Shown here: positions 13,541 through 24,300 of the stretch, in pieces
Layout: each line of letters begins with the position of its first letter
Numbering within the stretch: position 1 is the first letter of the stretch
NCBI GenBank assembly: GCA_030704615.1
Contig: CM060733.1
Location: 25,296,001 to 25,360,000 of the forward strand
Length of the DNA: 64,000 bases
Direction of reading: 5' to 3'
From: Takakia lepidozioides
Taxonomy: Eukaryota > Plantae > Bryophyta
The notes under the pieces: model-generated
Databases searched by the model: none
The model's input: only the letters and a program-made list of their open reading frames with translations
What the model was told of the DNA's origin: nothing
Position numbers and translations under genes: made by a program

Positions 13541-14755
13541 ATCCACGTTTATGATGCAGGAACAAGGTAGGTCAAGAATGTCAAATGTGTTTTCATTTTT
13601 TTTACCTAAACCAGTTTTGATGTCCATGCAATTTCTACTTCTCCTGCAGAGAGCCCACCTTCTTGTCTAACTCCTACTAGTGCATGTCTTTCCTAATGTT
13701 ATCTTGTTTGGCACATATTGTAGGTCTTCATCTTTGTAGTGGCAGAGAGATTTGGAAGCCAGCTAAGCCTGCGTGGATAGTGTGGCCATGTTTATCACAA
13801 TCTCCAGCATTTGTGGCTCATTTCCTATTCTACAAGCAAAGTGGGCACAACAAAACCGCAGTTCTCCCCATAAGTTTTCTACCTTCAATGCTAAGCATTA
13901 GAAGAAAAGAGACTAATAGCCAAGCCGGCAGGGAAGTGACAGCATGTGTGGGAAATTCTTCCAACCAGGGACATTCACCCTAAACCGGACCCGCCCTCCC
14001 CCTCTGTCTGATGTGGTTGTCTCTTAACAAAGCTCTCCTGGGCAGGGGATTTCTTCTTTTTAGGCTCAGGCATTTCTTTCATTTGGTTCCCAGCATTCAA
14101 AGGATCCGTGGGGTTTCTCATCTTTTACCTTCTCAAACTCCCATGGCACCTGCATTATCAGGTCCATTGGGGTTGACATAGATATGTGCCTCTCATGAAA
14201 ATGATCCAAAGTCTTGGAATTCATGAACTCAAATTCTCTCCTTCCTGTCTAGACATGGGCATGGGCATCTGAATTTGTGTTCTATTCTTCAGTAAGTGGG
14301 ACCTGGTTCATAGCGAGTTGTTCCATCAGCTCCTCTAGACCAGACAACTGCAGATGCATTTTTTACATACTCCAACAAGCCAGCCTCATCCCAACCAAAA
14401 CATTCGCGAACAAGCATCTAAAATCACTCCAAATCGTTTGTGTTCATTAGAACAAGCTATCACAGCTTTTGCATCAATGGAACATACTTTTCGATTCTCA
14501 AATTAATGTGACAAAACGATATTGTTTTCTAAATATTCTCTGAATTCAATTTTATTTATAAAATGCCTATAAAATGCCTACTAAAACGGTACCCATCTGT
14601 CATATGCACGTGTAAAACTCTTGTTCATGTAGAAGACGAGTCTTGCTAATCGGATGGAGAATGCTAGGTAAGTAAGTTAGGCAGATATGCTTAATCCCAA
14701 TACCTCCTCTAACGTATCCTTGTGCGCTACCATTGAGCTACCAATATACCATTAA

Positions 14756-15305
14756 CCCTTAAACGCCCAGTGCCATAGTTTGACTTTTTCAGAAAACATG
14801 ACCCCTTAAGTGAAAAAAAGGTGTAACTTTCAGAAAATCAACTGTTTAAAGAACTTGACCGCACATTAGGTGCGTACCTTCCTCCTGCATCCACCTGCCG
14901 AATTTGAGGCCAATCAGCCCCAGATCCACAAAATGCCACCGTTGAATGTGGGCCCCATTATTGGGGCCCTTTTGAGAAACATATTCATTTTTGGTAATTT
15001 TTTAAAGATTTGAGTGACGGGATCAAATGGGATTGAGGCGAAATTAGCAGGGTTTCATCCCCTTGAGATCCCTCATCCCACGTGTGACTAATGAAACAGC
15101 AAAAATTACCTTTATCAAATCGTGACCCCCCCTCTTGCATGCTTTGCAACTTGGCAGATCCAAGGCAATCGGGCAATGAATCTTGGTGTGCCAGGTGCCC
15201 AAGAACACTATATTTTTTTTTCACACAATTCCATGGAGAATGCAAAAAGTTATTCAGATTTTTTGTAAACCCAAAGCCCGAAACGGGCTACTGGGCGTTT
15301 AAGGG
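14756..15305. mobile_element. piggyBac-like non-autonomous element (MITE), family A
   Basis: TTAA on both sides (14752-55 and 15306-09). Perfect 16-bp TIR CCCTTAAACGCCCAGT. Confidence 0.85.
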
Positions 15306-15340
15306 TTAAGCAACCATGGTATATTACTTGGATGAACATA

Positions 15341-16053
15341 CCGTAGTTGGGAGGCTGATCTGGCACTAAATAATTAGAAATGAATCTGCCTCATAATTAA
15401 GTGAAAATTTAGAAAAAAAAACTGCCGAAATTCCAGAAACTTTATAAAAAAAATGCCTAAAATCTCAAACAAACTCCAAATATCAAATCTCCAAATGCAT
15501 GTTTCAAGGCATAAAGCTCTAGGAGAATATTTTCCTTGGCTCTGAGAAATCCTCGAATAATTGGCTGAACAATCACTGCATTTGATGATTGACCAGATGC
15601 TCTCATGGCTCTTAACAACCCACATAATTTATTTTTATTTTTATATTTTGAAAAAAAGGAAACACGTGGGAGCGACAGCTCACAAAACCTACCCCTTGGT
15701 AGTGAGAGGAGAAAATAACCTCTTTGGTTTATGCGCCATGGAGGCGAATGAGTGGGACACCACCTAGAAACCATACCACAGCCCGTCAGTAGCAAGATTT
15801 GACCCAGAATCATCTGGGTGCCACTTAGTGCACTTAACCATCTGAGCTACTGACCGTTGGTACATAATTCTCTTACCACATCTGGTACAGTAGATAGGGC
15901 AAGTTCATGCAGGGAGTCACCGCCGAGTTACTTAACATCTCCTCGTGGCATTGCTGTAAAATCTAGAAATTTCCTTAAGTTGTGCCGGAGTGTTTTGTTG
16001 TAAATAAAATAAATATTCTGCACTTCACTGCCGGATCAGCCTTCTCACTACGG
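15341..16053. mobile_element. TA-flanked MITE (Tc1/mariner-pogo-like), copy 1
   Basis: TA flanks and a ~25-bp TIR CCGTAGT(TG/GA)G(G/A)AGGCTGATC(T/C)GGCA. A second, inverted copy lies at 45459-46899. Confidence 0.85.
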
Positions 16054-16500
16054 TACTTTAATGTATAGTACTATCCAAGAACAAGTAGCGTGATAGATCC
16101 TTACCTTAAATTTTACTTTTTAATCTAAATAAAACTGCATATGTAATGAGAATTGCATTCCCTAACTTGTGCACAAGTTTGATAGACTCGTACCTTTTCC
16201 AAATATTGTCGACATATGCAGGGGTCCAAAGAGTGCATCCATGATTGACCCCATCCATTTTCTCCATTTTCCCCGCATCCAAGGGGGCATCATGCGATTC
16301 AGTGCCAGCAACTTTAGCCTATAAGGTATGTGCACCACCTTTACGTTGTGAAGTCTTCCCGAATCGTACACATTGGGATCCTTCATCATCCATCAGAAAG
16401 GTCATGAAATAAATCAGGTTTTTCAATTATTTGAATGTGCAATACCCATTGTATGCTTAAAAGACATTGTAGGGAACTTGTAAATTATAAAATACCATAC

Positions 16501-17709
16501 CTACCTGCTACCACAATAAATAAGTCCAGAAACACAGGTTTGATAGGCTCGTACCTCTACCAACTCTTTCAATATCTCCAGGTGTTCATAGAATACAGCC
16601 AGCTCCAGAACCCTCAGCTGTGGTCCATAGCGGCTCGAATCAGCTTCCTCACCGTTTGCACTTCGCCCACACTCAACGTTCAAATCAAAACCTGGCTGAC
16701 GGCATAGTAATCTAACAAAACTGACCTCGTTGTGGATCACAGCCAAGTGTAGGGCCGTCACGGTGCTACGAAATAACTTTGTATTCCACGGACCCTTGAC
16801 TCTAACTGGACGGAATTCTGCGTTCAAATCTGTCATCCGATCGTCCAAGAGGGCCTCAACCACGCCGAATGTAGACCCATATTGGACAACAGTGCGATGC
16901 AAAGGTGTTCGTCCTGCACCATCGCGTGCATTCACACACTCTGCGTACTCCTCTCCTTCAGGAATTAGCCAGAGAAGAAACTTCACGTTGCTTGCACACC
17001 TTTTGGCAACCGCAACGTGCAGCGGAGTCATGCTTCGGCAGTCTTGCAGTTTGTAAAGAGAACGTAAAAGATCGAATTTGCGGTCACTAGGCCGCCTCAT
17101 TTCAGGTTTGTAATTATCTATCTTACTCCTCATGTATTCATACTCATCCTGCTGTCGAAGAAACTTGACGCTCCAGAGGCATCAAAGACATAGTCTTCCC
17201 TTCGAGCATCCGCCCTTGCCTTCAACTATGCTCCACATCATGAATCGAGACTCACTCGAGAGAGAAGACTCCGGCCAAAGCCGGCATAACTAAGAGTCAC
17301 TTCGCCTTACGGCTACTGCTCCTTTTCGGGGGTGGGCCCTATGAGATTCACTCGTATGAGAAGCACATGCGCGATGAAACTCATACTCGTCCCCACCGCT
17401 TAAGGAACGTAAACGATCCAACAATTCAGGGTCAAACTGGTACACTCCATGGTCAAACTGGAGCTTTTCCTCTTGTAATCCCCGAATCCCCTTGTGGCAT
17501 TAACAATGTTGAGCATTAAGAGCATTTTAACAATTTTTTGATTCCCCGATGACTGTTGCAATCACCAGTGCTGTCTGACCACATGAATCATCGACTACCT
17601 CGAGTAGTTCCCCGAGAGTCAAATCCGCATTCTCGAGTAGTTCCACATCAGATGGTGGTCGCACATGCTCCACTAGCTCTTCGGAACTTTCGATAACTAC
17701 CTTGTGCAA
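16501..17709 (-). pseudogene. Ankyrin-repeat protein fragments (gene probably disrupted next to an LTR insertion)
   Basis: ANK motifs TPLHVAVAKR, VNARDGAGRTPLHRTV and TALHLAVIHN in ORF 16501-17133, plus DSCGQTALVIA in 17527-17709. Confidence 0.7.
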
Positions 17710-17844
17710 TGCGGTGCGGTTCTTAGAACCTATTTGTTTCAGCTACCCACTTTTATCGTTCGATTCCGTCAAGAGCCGTATCACCTACCTCAGTACATTC
17801 GCTTTTTTCAATAGCCTTAAACCACTCCGTCTCTGGAGATGCCT

Positions 17845-19819
17845 TATCGCGCACCTCACTTCGGTAAGCTCCCCTTCAAGTCATAGTTACTCGCTTTGAT
17901 GCGCGCGCCTAACTCCCAAACTGGCCGTTGGGCCATGTGCCCGGGCTCCCCGCAATTAAAGCACACTCCATCGAAGGTCGCCTTTTGTCCGCCATAAGCC
18001 GTCGCACCTGACTTTCCTTTCGGTACATCGGGTGCGGTCTTGACGTGTAAAGGCCCTCCCTTCGATTTCCAAGTGCCATTGTTGCCGCGTGGCCTATCCC
18101 ACTTCTTTTCAGGTCGGAAGAAGTCACCCTCCCGCCGAGCCTTCTTGTGGTTCAGCTCCATACGGCCTTGTCTTTTGCCCATAGGGACATCCGAGAAACA
18201 GTCAGCCCTCTCAATTGCCTCGTTCAAAGTCTTAGGTGGTTTCTCCTCCAACTTCCGCCTCGCCCATGGGGCCAGTCCTGCTACAAAATTGAAGACCATT
18301 TCGGGTTCTGCCATGTCCGCGACTTTGAGCAACAGCACATTGAAAGCCTGAACATATCCCCGAATGTCATCCGTTTGCTTAAAATTCCTCATCTTGTCCC
18401 GGGCGAGCCAGGACGTGTTGAGGGGCACGAATTGTCTTCATAAGTTCTTTGAACCCACTCCAGCTCAAGGTTTCCGGGTTTGGACCTTGGTCGTGAAGGC
18501 GTTTCTGCCACCATTGTTGAGCATAGCCCCTCAAATAGGTGGGAGCCACTTCCACCCGATCCTCGTCACTCAACTTGGCCGCCCGGAAGTACTGCTCTAG
18601 CTCTAAGAGCCAGGTGTTGAGTGCCTTCCGATTTCGGACGCACTTGAAGGTGTCGGGTTCCTTAGGCTTCACCTTAAACTTTGCCTTAATGGAAGTGACA
18701 TTAGCCGCCTTCAACACGTCTTTCAACGTCCCGCCAAACTGCGCCAGCAACCCTTCCCAAAAGGCTGCTGGCATGGGAGACATCTGTTGGTCTGCCGGAG
18801 CCTCCGGGGTGTCCTCGGGCTCCGACTCCTCAGATTCCACCCGTTCTTGAGCGGTCTCGCTTTCGAAAGCATGAATCGCCTCCTCAAATTGCCACTTGGG
18901 TGACACGTCGCCCCCATCGGGCTCACCAGGATCATCATCTTTGGGCGTTCCGCTTTCGCTTTGGCTTGCCCGACCCCATGATGAGGCCGATCTCAAGGAC
19001 AATCGCGTACTGAACTCTAAGCTCTGATACCAAGTGTCACGCACCTCACTTCGGTAAGCTCCCCTTCAAGTCATAGTTACTCGCTTTGATGCGCGCGCCT
19101 AACTCCCAAACTGGCCGCCGGGCCAACTCGGAGCTTCGGCTGCTCATCGGGACATAACGGTCCCCCTTTGCTCCTCCACGAGACTCTCTCTCAATTTGGG
19201 CCAAGTGGAAATTCCCTTTGGTCGATGGCAGTCCGGAACAGCTCCCCACACCTTGGTCGCTTTCTGGCTCGCACGCTTACTCACTAGTTTTGGGTCACCA
19301 ACGGGCTTGCACCGTTCTCGGAGTTACTACTCCCTGTATATACTTCTGTGACTGTCCGCAGGGGTTTCACAAACAACCATGCCATTTTATGGCGAACCAC
19401 CACGAAAACCCTCGACTCCCGGTGATGAGTCGCGGTGAGTCTTGGCCCACCCACCACGGTCCCATTGGACCGTGATGAGTCCCAAGACTCCCCACGACTC
19501 CCATCACAAGGTCTCCGCCCCCATGGTGAGTCCTATGCCACCCCCACTAAGTCCCACTAAGCTACCACCACCCCTCGTGGAACCACCCCCACCGCAACCC
19601 GGTGTGCGGGGCTCCACCTAGTGAGCGCCTCTGCCTCTTTGAGTGCCTTGGGCACTCAATGGTGCTTCAGGCCCCGCATCTATTGTTGCCACTGCCCCCA
19701 CCACAGGGGCAGCCCCTCTCGTGTCCCGACCCCCTGCCCTCAAGGTAAAGGGCCGCGACATGCCTCCACAAATTTGCTAGCCACTGCAGGCCCACTAAGT
19801 ACTGCACCTTTGTCAGACA
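17845..19819 (-). mobile_element. Internally deleted Ty3/gypsy LTR retrotransposon (5' LTR ~19035-19819, tRNA-iMet PBS, gag, ~90-bp remnant of 3' LTR)
   Basis: PBS TGGTATCAGAGC at 19021-19032 (minus). Gag motifs (KPKEPDTF, WLLELEQYF, YLRGYAQQWW, FVAGL) and zinc knuckle CFNCGEPGH. 17845-17935 is a direct repeat of 19035-19125. No pol is present. Confidence 0.85.
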
Positions 19820-20533
19820 TTGTCTCTGAGAAATGATGATTTGTTTTGAACGCTTGAAGTTCAGACTAGGAAAACAAAAGTGCATCTGTCACTTCGATAG
19901 ATGGAAGAGTAGACTTCCAGCTCAGCCTTGGCCTTCGAACACTCCTAGGGAATGCAAGAGATGAAGCGGATCGTTAGTCGACTACAACAGTTTTAACAAA
20001 AAAAAAAACGTGAACTTATATAACGTTTTCTAGACGTAGATCGATTGCACCCAATCGAGACCCAATCCATGCAAACGATTCGGGTCAGCGTCTCCAACAT
20101 TTCATAAATGACACTGCAGGATATTTCAAGATATCCATGATATATATATGCTATATGTGAGCACAAGCAGAAAAAGTGGGGACTTGATATCTTTTGAAAT
20201 TATTTAGAGAGAATGCTAGAACATTTTCCGTGCACATTGCAAATGGGTCGGGAACGGAAGGATATAGGCAGTTTGCAGAACTATTGATTTTAAGAAGCTC
20301 GAGCAAACTTCTACGAGTACCAGGGATGCCTCGGCGTGAGCCTGGTCACGTGAGCGCGTGAGCGCAACTGCGCTCACGCCACGTCACCTTGCGCAAATGC
20401 CACGTCACGGGGCTCAGTCCACGTCATCACACGTGAAGGCCGAGTCACCACGCGCCCAGAAAGAAGTGGAGTGTATTCCCGCGGATTGGCACCCTTTACC
20501 GCGGAAACAAGCTGGACGACATAATAAAAGGCA

Positions 20534-20890
20534 TTGAATAAAGGATGGATGAATGTACAGTTGGATGATAAACAGATGGATGAGTGTGAAAAATGTATGT
20601 AGATGGATGAATGACGGATGGATAAGAGTAAAATGGATGAATGTATAATGGATGTTGAGCAATGACAAAAATTCATGACAGGAAGATGCATGACCAAATC
20701 TTTTGACGAATGCACAAAGTATATGAAATGAGTGTGGAAGGTTTGTGGGGTGGATTAAAGAGTACAGAGGATGAATGTACAATGGATGTTGTACAAAGGA
20801 AGCTTTCATGAATGGAGCACGCATGAATACAGTGTAGATGAATGCACAATGGATATGAGAAGAGTCAGGAAGGTTTGTGAGATGGATTCA
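20534..20890. repeat. Degenerate GGATGAAT(G)-rich simple repeat inside the left end of the Mutator-like element
   Basis: Many GGATGA/ATGGATG/GAATG units are visible. Confidence 0.7.
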
Positions 20891-21347
20891 TACATATAGC
20901 AATTTAAACGAAAGTTGATTCTGTGATTATTATTTGTTCTAAAGGAACAACTACGGTGGAGGAAGGGGATTCAACGTTTTCCAGATAATATGAAAATGAA
21001 TATTAAAAGAATACAGTTCAGTCTGACTCAGAGTCAGTACAATGTATCCCCTCTTCCTCTGCATCTAAGTCTAAGTATTTTAGAACACCGGATCCACGCT
21101 GGATACACCTACGGCTGGCCACTAAAAAGTCAGGGGATAGGGACTCGGCCGCGTGAAGTGCCATTGCTTCGGCATAAACAGGAAGCAGAAAATTGGAAAG
21201 GGGGCTGTCGAAAACAGACTCGCCAGAAATGACTGTATCTCCTGAAGATCCACCGCTGCCTTTCCTGAAAGACAGCCTGAAAAAGTTATTACTGTAACTT
21301 TGATGTTATCGAGAAATTGAGTATGACTCCCAAAGAGGGTTTAGCAC

Positions 21348-24300
21348 TTACTCACATGAAAAGTCGTTGTCGACCTGCTTATCTTCGGGATCGTCATCAT
21401 TTCGAATTTGAATCCGATCAGTCTGTGTGCCTGAAGTGGAGCCAGACAAAAGGGGGAGGAGCACTGTGTTGTAGAGGTCAGAATCACCCTCCATGCCAAA
21501 AAGGCTTCTTCCGCCTGCCTTGCATGCGTGGTAAGTTGCTCCTGCACCAGACAGGAGAACATGAACAGTTTGGAGGGGGGGATTTAAGCAGATGAAACTG
21601 TTGAAAGGAAACCAATTCGGAAGGGAAAAAACGAACCTGTGGACACAGAAAGATCGACCACCCGTGCAGAGCGGTGGCTGCATGACTCCAGCAGTATTTG
21701 CATGAATGCTGGTGACTTTTCCTTTGCACCTCTCCAGGGAGTGCCATCTGGTCTCTTCAGAGTCTGACTGGACTGCATGAAGTTGTACAAAATGTCATCG
21801 ACATGGGGCTCATAGGGGGGGTTGACGAAACAACCCTGGTCAGAAATCTCAAAGCTGCGGATGGAGGATGGTGTCTTTGATGTGCGAATCCTCCGCAGGC
21901 AGATCGCCTCGAACATCCTCGTCTGGCAAAGATAGCAGGTTAGTGTGGTAAACACAATCTATAGTGGAAGTGTGTACATCGGCTATTCAGAACTCTGACA
22001 CAAAAAAATCATGAATCGTTGATGATCGGTGTCGATCATAAAACATTCTACTAGAGTGGAGCTGCAGAGAAAATTGAAACTCATGATCAAAGCACAAGCA
22101 GAAGGGAGACGGCATACCAGCTGACCAGGGAAACCCCCTTTCACAAGGTAGAGGCTGTTCACACAATTCCATGTGCGCAAAACTTCAAACCCTGAAGACT
22201 TGAGGTATGATGCCAATGCCCGACGACTATCATTGTCACATGACTGAAAAAGCAGAAGTGTCCCTGCATCAGAGAGGAAATTGTTACAGAACCCGAACAC
22301 CCAACTCCAGTAGTTGTCCTCGAATTTGTTCCAGCCTGGCGTCTTGCCCTTTGGAAGAACTTCTGGCACAGCCTGGCCATCCGGGATGTCGAGAATGACA
22401 ATGTCGGCCGCATAAGTTTTCTGCACACCGCACACGAAGGTGGGACCTGTGCTCACCTGCAACAGACATGTTTTTTATAAGAACGATGGCAAGAATGTTT
22501 TCAAAGAACGAGACTGAAATACTGCCAACGAAACTTTCAGAGAAAAAGGAAAGAAACTGGAATTCTCACCAGATTGAGGAATGAGATTATATTGTCCCAG
22601 GTAGGGGATGGCACCCCAGTGTATCCTCTCTTTCGACTCTGCATCATCGAAAGCCAACCCTCATTAACAATTTTCATCTCTCCTGCTGAATCAGAACGGG
22701 AAGGGTGTGGCTTGGCATCGAACACGCACTGAAGAGTGCGGGTATATCTTCCAGCAGTAAAGTCCTGCCCACTCTCCATCTCCTTTTCATTCTCCTTCCC
22801 CTTGTCCTTTTCCTTCTCTTTGGACTTGTCTTTGTCCTTTGGCTTTGCTGGTGAGATGGCTATGACATCAACAGCCTTGTCTTTTGGTTTGCGGCCCGCC
22901 TTCTTTCCCTTCTGCGGCGTTCCCTGAGCATCAGGCTCCTTGGCAGCCAAGGTTGCTATGTTTCGTTGATACTCTTCGTCAGTCAAAGGCGCCAGCATCT
23001 CAGCGTTATTGTTCAAGTATTTCATATGCTGTTCTTGAAAGGTCGTGTGCTCAGGTGGGCAGTCAAGGTACCACCCACAGTCTCTGAAGTGAGAAGGACT
23101 CCAGTCCTTCAATATCCCTGCAGTATACATGGTTGGATCGTTTGCAGGGTCCGACCACATGTCAAGATAGTCGGGAATTCCGCTCAGGTGATTTCCTTCC
23201 ATAAGCACATATTTCGTGTACCTGAAAAAAGGAGATAAATCCCAACCCACAAAAGCGCTCAGTGAGTAAGATGCAAGTAGAACAGAAAGAATAAAACATA
23301 GATTGAAATGGCTCTGACAACTGCTCCAAGGACCTTTCAGGACCACACTACTGCTCCAGATATGAATGTCGTCAACGCCATTCAGAACATTCCATTCAAT
23401 GACACTGTAAATACATCCTAATCCAGGTGAATGCAAATAATCGTTTAGAAATGACACAGACATAGAAGTGAATGTCGTCAACGACATTCAAGAATGAAGC
23501 CAAATTATTACTTAAATGAAGCAAAATCACAGGATGGAAATCAAAAAATTGAGTAAGGAACCCTCCAGGAAAACTCAATGCACATTCATAACGAACCTAT
23601 CACTGAGGACCTCACAACATCACTGTATGTGAATGGCGTCAACGCCATTCACAAAAATACAAAAAAGAAACCAATTACTTAGCTCCCAATCCATGTAAAT
23701 TGAATTTGTCGCTGTTGAATAATACAGACACAGCTGTGAATGTCGTCAACGACATTCACTTTGGATTTCTTAAAACAGAGCTTATCAAGCCTCCACATTC
23801 ATCGCAAGAGGCAAAAACAATGCAGAACAACTGAATGTCTGCATTGACATTCAGCAAAATGAAGTGAGGAACCCTCACTGTAACCTCTATGGACATTACA
23901 AAAATTTAAATAACTCTGAGGACCTCTCAACAACTCCGTATGTGAATGTCGTCAACGCCATTCAAGGACATTATCAATTCTAATCAGGGACAATATAATT
24001 GCACCCTTAGATCCTAACCAGGTGAATTCATATACTCGCTTAAGAATGACTCAGACAAAGAAGTGAATGTCGTCAACGACATTCAATCTGGATCTAAGAT
24101 TGCAATCCATATGAAGCCACATTTTTTCCCAAAAAAACAGTAGAGTTTCAAGTATGACATTGCACCTGTACACAACTCGCATCATGGCCCACTCTCCTCC
24201 AACCTGACTGTCAAAGTCGTTGGACCGTAAAATGTTACCATCTTTGGAGAACTCCCGGAAAAAACAGTATCTCCAGGTGAGACCTCTCCACTTCCTTATG

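Noticed and set aside
15785-15854. Functional tRNA gene
   Set aside because: The anticodon and T arms do not pair properly and the sequence lies inside a MITE, so it is reported only as tRNA-like.
23363-24085. CRISPR array interpretation of the palindromic repeats
   Set aside because: The spacers are 73-139 bp, variable in length and partly homologous to each other. The context is a eukaryotic intron and there are no cas genes.
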